Assembly: GCA_902776605.1 (NCBI GenBank)
Contig: CACYQQ010000002.1
Coordinates: 1-53,636 of the forward strand
Origin: an uncultured Bacteroidales bacterium
GTDB taxonomy: Bacteria > Bacteroidota > Bacteroidia > Bacteroidales > UBA3663
Direction of reading: 5' to 3'
DNA length: 53,636 nucleotides
The notes beneath the pieces were generated by a model that saw nothing but the letters and a program-made list of their open reading frames with translations, had not been told where the DNA came from and did not search any database. The position numbers and the translations under genes were made by a program. Positions 8,393 through 16,063 of the stretch are shown here, piece by piece; position 1 is the stretch's first letter, and each line of letters begins with the position of its first letter.

Positions 8393-9192
8393 TTTATCCC
8401 TCCTGCTCCCCACATCAGTTTCTGGCGGAGCGTGTCGAAGAAAGTGTGATCGGGGCGACGCACCACACGGATATTGTGAGCAGCGCGGCAGAGGTGCAGA
8501 GTATATTCGGTAGTGAGGTGGACAGGCAGGCCATCGACCGCCACCAGATAGAGGTTGTTGCGACTCTTGACCTTCACGTCGATAGTCACGCCATCCTTGA
8601 TGACCAAAGGGCGCGTCGTCAGCGAGTGAGGGGCAATCGGGACAATCTCGAAGCAATGCGAACCCGGTTCCAGGATGGGACCGCCTGCACTCATGGCATA
8701 GGCCGTCGAACCTGTCGGTGTGGCAATGGCCAATCCGTCAGCGTCGTAGGTGTTGAGCAACGCCCCGTCGATATAGACCGAGGCCGAGACCATGGCCGAC
8801 ACGTCGCGCTTGAGGACTGCGACCTCGTTGAGCGCAAATTGTGGGTATTGCTGCTTGCACTCGGGAATAGAGAGACGGAGCAGGGCGCGGTCCTCCACGC
8901 TGTACAGATGGTCGGTCAGCATCTGGGGCAACACGCTGGCGGCCTCCTCCAACTGCATGTCGGTCAGGAATCCCAACCGCCCGGCATTGATACCCAAGAT
9001 AGGGACTCCCGCCTCGCCCACGCACGCGGCGGTGCGCAGGAAGGTGCCATCGCCACCTATGCTGAGTGCCATATCGACCCCCTCGATGGACTGGGTGCCA
9101 TCCACGCACTTCACGTGGGGCAAGGATGCCAGGATGGACTGAATCTGCCGACAAGCCTCGGGCTTCGACGTGCCAAACAATGCTATTTTCAT
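8386..9192 (-). CDS. nadK: NAD kinase
   Basis: MKIALFG start at 9192 (the track's upstream extension is unlikely). Motifs GGDGTFL, ILGINAGRLGFL and TPTGSTAYAMSAGGPI are present. Confidence 0.9.
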   Translation of the reverse strand: MKIALFGTSKPEACRQIQSILASLPHVKCVDGTQSIEGVDMALSIGGDGTFLRTAACVGEAGVPILGINAGRLGFLTDMQLEEAASVLPQMLTDHLYSVEDRALLRLSIPECKQQYPQFALNEVAVLKRDVSAMVSASVYIDGALLNTYDADGLAIATPTGSTAYAMSAGGPILEPGSHCFEIVPIAPHSLTTRPLVIKDGVTIDVKVKSRNNLYLVAVDGLPVHLTTEYTLHLCRAAHNIRVVRRPDHTFFDTLRQKLMWGAGGINN

Positions 9193-9273
9193 GTCTGATA
9201 ATGAGTTTGTTGGTGGCAAAGATGCAACAATTTTACGAATAAAGCAAATTTTAACCTCAAAAAGTATAAAATA

Positions 9274-9981
9274 ATGATGATGTTACCTTTCTTACAGTTG
9301 ATGATGCCTGGTGAACAGGACACCACTCAGGTCGTGGCTGCCGAAGCCGCCGAGACTGCTTCGGGCGATGGGTTGAACTTCTTGGACATGGCCATGAACG
9401 GTGGCTGGCTCATGATTCCCCTGTTGCTGCTCTCGTTAGTAGCTGTCTATATCTTCGCAGAACGTTATGTGGTCATCCACCGCGCCCGCAAGGACGCTCC
9501 TTACTTCATGGACCGCATCCGCGAGTATCTGGCCGACGGCAAGAACGAAGCCGCTATCCGCGTCTGCCAACAGACCAAGGCACCTTACGCTGCCATGATT
9601 GAGAAAGGCATCAGCCGATTGGGCAAACCTACTGCCGACATCCAGGCCGCCATCGAGAACGTCGGCAACCTGCAGGTGGCTCAGATGGAGAAGGGCTTCA
9701 CCATGTTGGCCACCATCTCCAGCGGTGCGCCGATGATTGGCTTCCTCGGCACCGTGACGGGTATGATCCGTGCCTTCTACGACATGTCGCAAGCGGGTTC
9801 ATCGGCCGACATCACTTTGCTCTCGGCCGGTATCTATCAGGCTCTTACCACCACGGTGGCTGGTCTCATTGTCGGCATCCTCGCCATGTTCGCCTACAAC
9901 TATCTGGTGAGCGAACTCGACAAGGTGGTCAACGAGATGGAGGCCAAGACCCTGGAGTTCATGGATTTGATTCAAAAATAA
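9274..9981 (+). CDS. exbB: MotA/TolQ/ExbB proton-channel family protein
   Basis: Three TM segments, the GAPMIGFLGTVTGMIRAF motif, and ExbD and TonB-like genes follow. Confidence 0.85.
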   Translation: MMMLPFLQLMMPGEQDTTQVVAAEAAETASGDGLNFLDMAMNGGWLMIPLLLLSLVAVYIFAERYVVIHRARKDAPYFMDRIREYLADGKNEAAIRVCQQTKAPYAAMIEKGISRLGKPTADIQAAIENVGNLQVAQMEKGFTMLATISSGAPMIGFLGTVTGMIRAFYDMSQAGSSADITLLSAGIYQALTTTVAGLIVGILAMFAYNYLVSELDKVVNEMEAKTLEFMDLIQK

Positions 9982-9988
9982 ATTTTGA

Positions 9989-10097
9989 AAATTACTAATT
10001 ACGAATTACAAATTACTTTTCCTCATCGCTAAGAGGAAATAATCTGTAATCCCCTTCCCCAAAAGGAAGGTAATTAGTAATTTGTAATTAGTAATTT
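9989..10097. repeat. Long inverted repeat built from AATTACN heptads, filling the exbB-exbD spacer
   Basis: The left arm (9989-10016, aaattactaattacgaattacaaattac) pairs with the right arm (10070-10097) at 26 of 28 positions. The centre holds two small hairpins, TTTCCTC..GAGGAAA and CCTTCC..GGAAGG. The 24-mer at 10067-10090 recurs exactly at 53613-53636. Confidence 0.85.
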
Positions 10098-10107
10098 GCG
10101 AAGCATT

Positions 10108-10518
10108 ATGGCACTTAAACGACGAAACAAGATACAGGCCACGTTCAGCATGTCGTCCATGACGGACGTCATCTTCCTGTTGCTTATCTTCTTCATGGTG
10201 ACATCGACCATCGTCTTCCCGAACGCCATCAAGGTGCTCTTGCCGCAAAGCAAACAGCAGACATCGGCAGCACCACAGGCGCGCGTCACCATCGACCAAG
10301 ACCTCAACTACTATGTGGCATTTGGCAACGAGGCTCCGAACCGCGTTGATATTGAACAGATTACTCCTTGGCTCCAATCGGTCAAGGCGGAGTACGATGA
10401 CATGTACGTCACCCTCTATGCCGACGAGTCTATCCCCTACAGCAAGGTGGTGGAGATCCTGAACATCGGTGTCGAGAACCAATACAAGATGGTGTTGGCC
10501 ACCAGGCCGGTGAAGTAG
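10108..10518 (+). CDS. exbD: Biopolymer transport protein ExbD/TolR
   Basis: ATG at 10108 (MALKRRNKIQATFSMSSMTDVIFLLLIFFMV), typical ExbD N-terminus and length. Confidence 0.85.
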   Translation: MALKRRNKIQATFSMSSMTDVIFLLLIFFMVTSTIVFPNAIKVLLPQSKQQTSAAPQARVTIDQDLNYYVAFGNEAPNRVDIEQITPWLQSVKAEYDDMYVTLYADESIPYSKVVEILNIGVENQYKMVLATRPVK

Positions 10519-10526
10519 GTTGATTT

Positions 10527-10660
10527 TAAGGTTATAAGGTTGTAAGGTCGCTTCGCTGGTGAGGTTATAAGGTCGTTATGCTGACGAAGTTTCCTTGTCG
10601 AGGTTATAGGGTCAATAAAGGAACCTTAAAACCTAAAAACCTCATAACCTAAAAACCTCA
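10527..10660. repeat. Inverted arrays of AAGGTTAT / ATAACCT octamer words filling the exbD-tonB spacer
   Basis: aaggttataaggttgtaaggtcgcttcgctggtgaggttataaggtc ... then ggaaccttaaaacctaaaaacctcataacctaaaaacctca. The core ACCTCACCAGCGAAGCGACCTTAYAACCTT recurs, inverted, at 34802-34832. Confidence 0.8.
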
Positions 10661-11551
10661 ATGACAATTATGGAACAAGATAAGAAAAGCCAAATATGGG
10701 GCATTGTTGTCACCCTGCTCTTCCACGTCCTGTTGGTCGTGCTGCTTTGGTTGGCACATTTCAGTCCCTTTGCCCACGAGGAGGAGAGTGGTATCCTGGT
10801 CATGACCGGCATTGATGCCGAGGGCAGCGGCGAGGAACTGATGTCGTCCGACGTGACCGACCTGGAGCCGGAACCGCAGCCCGAAGAGGTACCTCCGACG
10901 CCACCGGCACCGCAACCTACTCCAGCGCCACAACCCACTACCGAACCGCTGTTGGCTCAGGACGATGCTGAGGCACCTTATGTGGCTGAACAGAAAGCCG
11001 AGGAACTCAAGAAGCAGAAAGAGGAGGAGGCTCGTCTGTTGGCCGAAGCCGAGGCACGTCGGCAAGAGGAACTGCGCCGCCAACAGGAAGAGGAGGCTCG
11101 CCGCCGTGCCGCCGAAGAGGCTGCTCGCAAGAAAGCGGCCGAGGAGGCGGCCAAGCGTCAGGCTATCAACAACCAGATGGCGGGTCTCTTCAACAACAAA
11201 GGCACGGGCAACAACGCTGGCACGCAAGGCGATGCACATGGCAACAGCATGACGGGTGCCACCTCGGGCAGTGCCGGTTACGGTGAGTTCGACCTGGGTG
11301 GTCGTGGCATGGTCGGTGCTTTGCCCCGTCCTGCTTTCAACCTCAACGTGAGCGGTAAGGTCGTGGTTCTCATCACAGTCGATGCTGCCGGCAACGTCAA
11401 GTCCACCGCCATCGGCAAGGGCACTACCATCTCCTCGCAGGAGATCCGAAATGCTGCCAAGGAGGCTGCTATGAAGGCCAAATTCAAGTCCGTCAGCGGC
11501 ACCAGCATTACCGCCGGCACCATCACATATTACTTTGACAGCAACAACTAA
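10661..11551 (+). CDS. tonB: TonB-family energy transducer
   Basis: N-terminal TM, P/E-rich then E/A/R/K-rich linker, and a C-terminal TonB-like domain (VVVLITVDAAGNV...AKFK). Confidence 0.8.
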   Translation: MTIMEQDKKSQIWGIVVTLLFHVLLVVLLWLAHFSPFAHEEESGILVMTGIDAEGSGEELMSSDVTDLEPEPQPEEVPPTPPAPQPTPAPQPTTEPLLAQDDAEAPYVAEQKAEELKKQKEEEARLLAEAEARRQEELRRQQEEEARRRAAEEAARKKAAEEAAKRQAINNQMAGLFNNKGTGNNAGTQGDAHGNSMTGATSGSAGYGEFDLGGRGMVGALPRPAFNLNVSGKVVVLITVDAAGNVKSTAIGKGTTISSQEIRNAAKEAAMKAKFKSVSGTSITAGTITYYFDSNN

Positions 11552-11585
11552 AGAAATTAAAAATGAAAAATAAAGAGTGAAAAAT

Positions 11586-11740
11586 AAATTGAAAGTTGAA
11601 AATTGAAAAACCTCGGAGTATTCCGAGTACTCCGAGTATTCAGATTACTCCGATTACTCCGATGGCTCCCGAGCTCTTTAGTGCCGAAGGCCATTAGCGT
11701 GAACGAAGTGAACTTTTAGCGGCTCGAAGAGCCCATTAGC
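11586..11740 (+). repeat. Mosaic intergenic element (~150 bp), copy 1
   Basis: Modules in order: AAATTGAAAGTTGAAAA, a CTCCGAGTAYT stutter, GATTACTCCGATGGCTCC, then CTCTTTAG(C/T)GCC..GGC(C/T)ATTAGCG..CTTTTAGCGGCTCG.AGAGCC.ATTAG. The same order is found at 19286-19419. Confidence 0.85.
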
Positions 11741-11768
11741 TTTAACCGCGCCCTTTAGCCAATATTCG

Positions 11769-13016
11769 ATGAATCTTCTCACTGTCATACTTCACCTACC
11801 CTTCCTGACCTGTCTGGTCGGCTTTGTGTTGTCGTTCTACCTCAAGAAGAACGACACCGTGTATGTCATCATACCCCTTGCCGTGATAGGAATGTTATAT
11901 TATATGTGCGACGCCATCATCGTCAACCCCTATTCCGACGTCCACACCACCGTGATAGCCTCGGCGGCCGTACCGTTCCTGTCGCTCTTTTCCTTGGCCT
12001 TCATCATCTGCCTGATGTGGGTACTCTATTACGAAAAACACCTCCCCTGGCACCAATATCTCTGGTTCGTGGCGCCCATCGCCCTCTGCTCCATCTGCAC
12101 GATGCTCTACATCGTCATCGGCAACGAGGAGGCCGCCCATTTCCAAGCCCTCTACGACCAGTTGCGCCACTACCCAGAGTCGCACATCGAGTGTTCGGCT
12201 TTCCGTTGCCAACACTTTGTCGAACAGGTGCTATACAACTTCACCCTCTTCCTCTATTCCATCTACGCCATCCTGTTCGGCATCGTGATATTGTACAAGA
12301 CGGGCTTCACCCGCCACGCCTTCATCGGCTATTTCTTCAAGGGGACCAGTCTGCCGCCCATGCATATCCTGCTCCTCTCCTTTATCACGTTGATGCTCAC
12401 GGTGGTAGTCCGTGTCCTGGTGGGTCGATATTTCCTTTTCGACCACACTTGGGCCAACATCCTGTTTGCTTTTCTCCAGGCCTACTGCGTCATCCTGGTG
12501 ACTTTGGCTGCCTTCAACCTCAACTATGTGGAGTGCACCTTGCGCCAATATTGGTTCATCGACCCCAACGAGCGGTTCGATGACTCGCTGTTTGACGAGG
12601 CCGACGACGACTCCGCCGACAACAGCAACGCCGACCAGGACGCTTTCAGCAAGGTGCAGGAACGATTGGACAAGAGCCTTCACGAGGTGATGGAGGTGCA
12701 ACAACTCTTCCTGGACAGTAACCTCCGCATGACCGATGTGACGCGCCTCCTCAGCACCAACCGCAACTATCTGTCGCGCCACCTCAAGGAACGTTACCAC
12801 CTGAGTTACAACGAATATATCGCCCACCTCCGCATCGAATATGCCAAGCAATACATGCTCCAACATCCCGACATGCTGCTCGATGCCATCGCCGAACACT
12901 GCGGTTTCGGCACCGCCCAATCCTTTGGCCGCAAGTTCAAGGCCATGGAGGGTATCACTCCCCGCACCTGGTTGGTGAGGAAGAAAGTTAAGGGCAGCGT
13001 GGAGAGTGATTTATAA
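11769..13016 (+). CDS. Membrane-embedded AraC-family transcriptional regulator (multi-TM N-domain plus C-terminal HTH_18)
   Basis: Roughly 7 hydrophobic segments, an acidic linker (DDSLFDEADDDSADNSNADQD), then an AraC HTH (LLSTNRNYLSRHLK...FGTAQSFGRKFKAMEGITP). Confidence 0.8.
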   Translation: MNLLTVILHLPFLTCLVGFVLSFYLKKNDTVYVIIPLAVIGMLYYMCDAIIVNPYSDVHTTVIASAAVPFLSLFSLAFIICLMWVLYYEKHLPWHQYLWFVAPIALCSICTMLYIVIGNEEAAHFQALYDQLRHYPESHIECSAFRCQHFVEQVLYNFTLFLYSIYAILFGIVILYKTGFTRHAFIGYFFKGTSLPPMHILLLSFITLMLTVVVRVLVGRYFLFDHTWANILFAFLQAYCVILVTLAAFNLNYVECTLRQYWFIDPNERFDDSLFDEADDDSADNSNADQDAFSKVQERLDKSLHEVMEVQQLFLDSNLRMTDVTRLLSTNRNYLSRHLKERYHLSYNEYIAHLRIEYAKQYMLQHPDMLLDAIAEHCGFGTAQSFGRKFKAMEGITPRTWLVRKKVKGSVESDL

Positions 13017-13047
13017 AGGGTTAGGGGTTAACGTTTAAGGTTTAAAC
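13017..13047. repeat. TAACCNN-family heptad stutter (inverted), starting right after the stop of the AraC-type gene
   Basis: agggttaggggttaacgtttaaggtttaaac follows the TAA at 13014-13016. Confidence 0.75.
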
Positions 13048-13138
13048 AGTGCTGTCCCTTGCCATTATTCAAGGTTTTTGCAATATACAATAAACAAACA
13101 AAGGAATAAAGATGCTCGAAGGGTAATTGTTGTTGACA

Positions 13139-13160
13139 AAATTCCCAAGTTTGGGAATTT
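13139..13160. promoter_or_regulatory. Perfect 10-2-10 palindrome AAATTCCCAA-gt-TTGGGAATTT, a candidate HigA operator
   Basis: It ends 5 nt upstream of the higBA -7 box. Type II TA operons are typically auto-repressed at such palindromes. Confidence 0.55.
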
Positions 13161-13165
13161 ATCAC

Positions 13166-13173
13166 TACTTTTG
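13166..13173 (+). promoter_or_regulatory. -7 promoter box TACTTTTG(CACC) for higBA
   Basis: Matches TAnnTTTG, 17 nt before the higB ATG. Confidence 0.5.
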
Positions 13174-13190
13174 CACCATAACAAACCATT

Positions 13191-13520
13191 ATGAACGTAA
13201 TATTCAAAGAAGCCGCTCTTGAAGAGCTCTACAAAACGGGCACGACCAAAAATCATAAGTACAAGATTTTGTGCAGAAACAAAAAGTTGGTTGATGGGTT
13301 CGCTCGTGCAGTAGATTATATGAAAGGTGTACGCAATACTAAAGACTTAAAATGCATCAGCTCCTTACACTACGAAAAGCTAAAGTATCAACGGGAGTCT
13401 ATGAGTTCGATTAGAATCCTAAATGGTTCTATAGAACGCCTATTGTTTACAGAGACAGAAGACGGCATAGAAGTAGAACTAATTGAAATAGATAGCACAC
13501 ATTATGGAAACAAGAAATAA
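13191..13520 (+). CDS. higB: HigB-like (RelE/ParE superfamily) toxin
   Basis: 109 aa. The N-terminal F..A.LEELYKTGTTK pattern resembles plasmid-maintenance killer HigB. It overlaps the antitoxin gene by 17 nt. Confidence 0.7.
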   Translation: MNVIFKEAALEELYKTGTTKNHKYKILCRNKKLVDGFARAVDYMKGVRNTKDLKCISSLHYEKLKYQRESMSSIRILNGSIERLLFTETEDGIEVELIEIDSTHYGNKK

Positions 13521-13878
13521 AAGAATAACAGGCTTCCGAGCCACTCATCCTGGAGAGTTACTGAGAGATGAACTCATTGAAAGAGGTATCAAGCAAAAGG
13601 ATTTTGCTCAACAAATTGGTATGCAACCCTCGCACCTCAATGAGTTTCTGAAGGGGAAAAGGAACGTTACGGAGAAACTCGCTATGCTGCTTGAAGAGCA
13701 CCTCGGCATTCCGTTCTACCTTTGGATGAAGCTTCAGTCCGATTTCTACTACGACAGCAAAGTCATTGCAGAGCGCAAGGTAGCAGAGACTGAACTGGCC
13801 ATGGAAGAGTGGACAAAATCGGTGAAGGAAAATCTTGCAAAGCGTAGTCAACGCTCTACTTCCTCCACTACAGTATAA
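13504..13878 (+). CDS. higA: HigA-family antitoxin (XRE-type HTH)
   Basis: HPGELLRDELIERGIKQKDFAQQIGMQPSHLNEFLKGKRNVT is the canonical HigA HTH. Confidence 0.8.
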   Translation: METRNKRITGFRATHPGELLRDELIERGIKQKDFAQQIGMQPSHLNEFLKGKRNVTEKLAMLLEEHLGIPFYLWMKLQSDFYYDSKVIAERKVAETELAMEEWTKSVKENLAKRSQRSTSSTTV

Positions 13879-13883
13879 GAAAG

Positions 13884-13919
13884 AGAACAGCCAAGAGTTG
13901 AAATGCTCTTGGCTGTTCT
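13884..13919. terminator. Bidirectional hairpin terminator between higA and susD
   Basis: AGAACAGCCAAGAG-ttgaaatg-CTCTTGGCTGTTCT, a 14-bp stem with T-rich flanks on both strands. Confidence 0.7.
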
Positions 13920-13948
13920 TCTATATTTAGGTTAATCAGGGTTACGAA

Positions 13949-16036
13949 TTAGTAACCTGGGTTCTGCCACTTAGCCTTCTCGGCATCCGAGAGGTTGCCA
14001 CCATTATCATCCTGGAGGACATCGATGAACGTCTGTGGAATAGGACGGAGTTCATGCTTGCCAGCAGTGATGTTTGGAGCAGCCAAGTTGTTGAATGCCT
14101 TGGCACGACGGATCAAGAGACCGCAACGGCTCAACTCTTCCCAACGGTTCCACTCACCAAGCAACTCACGGGTACGCTCGTTCATGATGAAGTTAAGCAT
14201 ACGATCGTAGTCGCCAGAGCAACCTAACTGAGCCAGAATAGCCTCATCCTCAGCAGGAAGAGAAGTGTAGCTGGCAATCTGCAAAGAAGAAGCAGTCTTG
14301 TTCTGAGCACGATCTACACCTGTAGAGAGGAAGTAAGTATTGCGCTGGATGAAGGAATACTTGTAAGCCTGCAGGTTGGTCACCTTATCACCATTCTCGT
14401 TCTTGCACTTACCTAAGGTTTCGCCAGAGGTAGAGTTCTTGGTGAAGGCGATAGAACCATCAACATAGTATTCACGATCCTCACCATCCTTCCACTCAGC
14501 ACGCTTACGAAGCACGTTGACGGTAGCGATGGCATCATCATACTTGCCGAGACGAACCTGAGCCTCTGCCTTGACCAGAACGGTCTCACCGGTACGAGCC
14601 ATAGTGACATCACGATGTGCATCACCCTTCTCAGCAGTACGAGAACCATCATCGGTCTTGTTGATGCCACAGAAGAAGTTACAGGTAGCAGGGTTACCAC
14701 TGGCACCATGCTGATCCATGATGTACTTACCACCGTCATAGAGAGCTACTACGTTAGGTACCCACTTGCCAGTCTGAGGATTGACAAAGGTGTGAGGTTC
14801 TACGGCACGACCGTATGTACCACAACCTGGATCGTAAGACTTCTTGTTCAAGATGAACATGATACCCTCCTGACCCAATTCTGGTTCAGCACCAGCAGGA
14901 CAACCCTGACTTTGCATGGTAGCAGGAGTCTGGTAGTTGTTGTAACCATAGATGGTCTTGAAGGTCTTCCACATACGAGAGTCGTTCACGTTGTCAAATA
15001 CCTCGTAAGCATACTCAGTAGGACGGCAACGCTGGAAGTCCATACCACCGATGTACTGTCCACGCTGGGTGTAACCACCAGAGAAGTTAGAGAACTGTGG
15101 GTTGAAGTAGTTGTAGGTACGGTTGCCGAAACGACCAGGGTTGGAATCGCCGTGCATGGCTGCCATCAAGACCTCAGAAGAACCTTCGATGTCACAATCG
15201 ACACCCGTCCAGTTGGCATACAGGTTGTTGTAATCTGCTACCAAAGGACAAGCAGCAATAACCTCGTCACAGAGAGCGATAACCTTGTTCAGGTCAGTCT
15301 CCTTTGGATACTTGCTGTTCCATGAAGCGCAACGCTCAGACTGACGATAGAGCAGAGCCTTAGCGAGGAAGTGAGCTGCGGTGTATTTGGTCCAAGTACC
15401 ATAACCAAGACGACCCTTGCATGGCTGAATTGCTGGCAACAGGTCATAAGCCATCTGGAAGTCGGTGATAACCTGATTCAAGGTTTCCTCCTCGGTAGCA
15501 CGCTTGTAGTTGGCCAACAGACTCTCTACAGGCTTGAGCTGCAAGGTGACAGCACCGTACTGAGCAAAAAGACGATAGTAGTTGTAACCACGCAGGAAGT
15601 GTGCTTCTCCTACTGCGATATCGTCTTTTGCCTTCTCCAGAACGAGGTTGGCAGCAGAGATACCATAGTACATCTCGTCCCAAAGAGCCGAGACAGCAGG
15701 GCAGTTCTTATTGGCGGCACCCAAAGCAGGAGTACAATCCAAAGGACCAAGACGGTTATCGTAAGTGTTCCAAGGCTCCGAAGTAAGGTCGGCTGCACTC
15801 AGGAACTCGTCACAACCATAAAGGGTGATGCCATAAGCCCACTCGTAGCCGAAGTGCCAACGGATATTGGCATAGAGGCCTGCGGCAAGAGCCTGAGCAC
15901 CTTCAGGAGTATCGAGAAGTCCGGTGGAAGGGAACTTGCTTGAATCCTCGTCCACGAATTCTTCCTTACAAGAAGAGAATCCTGCCACTGACAAGGTGGT
16001 CACGGCACAGACTAAAATTTTATTATATAATTTCAT
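13949..16036 (-). CDS. susD: SusD/RagB-family nutrient-binding outer-membrane lipoprotein
   Basis: Lipobox AGFSSC, 695 aa, immediately downstream of SusC; the C-terminus ends WQNPGY. Confidence 0.9.
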   Translation of the reverse strand: MKLYNKILVCAVTTLSVAGFSSCKEEFVDEDSSKFPSTGLLDTPEGAQALAAGLYANIRWHFGYEWAYGITLYGCDEFLSAADLTSEPWNTYDNRLGPLDCTPALGAANKNCPAVSALWDEMYYGISAANLVLEKAKDDIAVGEAHFLRGYNYYRLFAQYGAVTLQLKPVESLLANYKRATEEETLNQVITDFQMAYDLLPAIQPCKGRLGYGTWTKYTAAHFLAKALLYRQSERCASWNSKYPKETDLNKVIALCDEVIAACPLVADYNNLYANWTGVDCDIEGSSEVLMAAMHGDSNPGRFGNRTYNYFNPQFSNFSGGYTQRGQYIGGMDFQRCRPTEYAYEVFDNVNDSRMWKTFKTIYGYNNYQTPATMQSQGCPAGAEPELGQEGIMFILNKKSYDPGCGTYGRAVEPHTFVNPQTGKWVPNVVALYDGGKYIMDQHGASGNPATCNFFCGINKTDDGSRTAEKGDAHRDVTMARTGETVLVKAEAQVRLGKYDDAIATVNVLRKRAEWKDGEDREYYVDGSIAFTKNSTSGETLGKCKNENGDKVTNLQAYKYSFIQRNTYFLSTGVDRAQNKTASSLQIASYTSLPAEDEAILAQLGCSGDYDRMLNFIMNERTRELLGEWNRWEELSRCGLLIRRAKAFNNLAAPNITAGKHELRPIPQTFIDVLQDDNGGNLSDAEKAKWQNPGY

Positions 16037-16063
16037 AATGATAGTATTTTAGCATTGAAATAA

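Noticed and set aside
10661-11551. Repetitive E/A/R/K and P-rich segment of TonB as a possible novel repeat protein or DNA-level tandem repeat.
   Set aside because: Pro-rich and charged linkers are a standard feature of TonB-family proteins, and the gene context (exbB-exbD) explains it.
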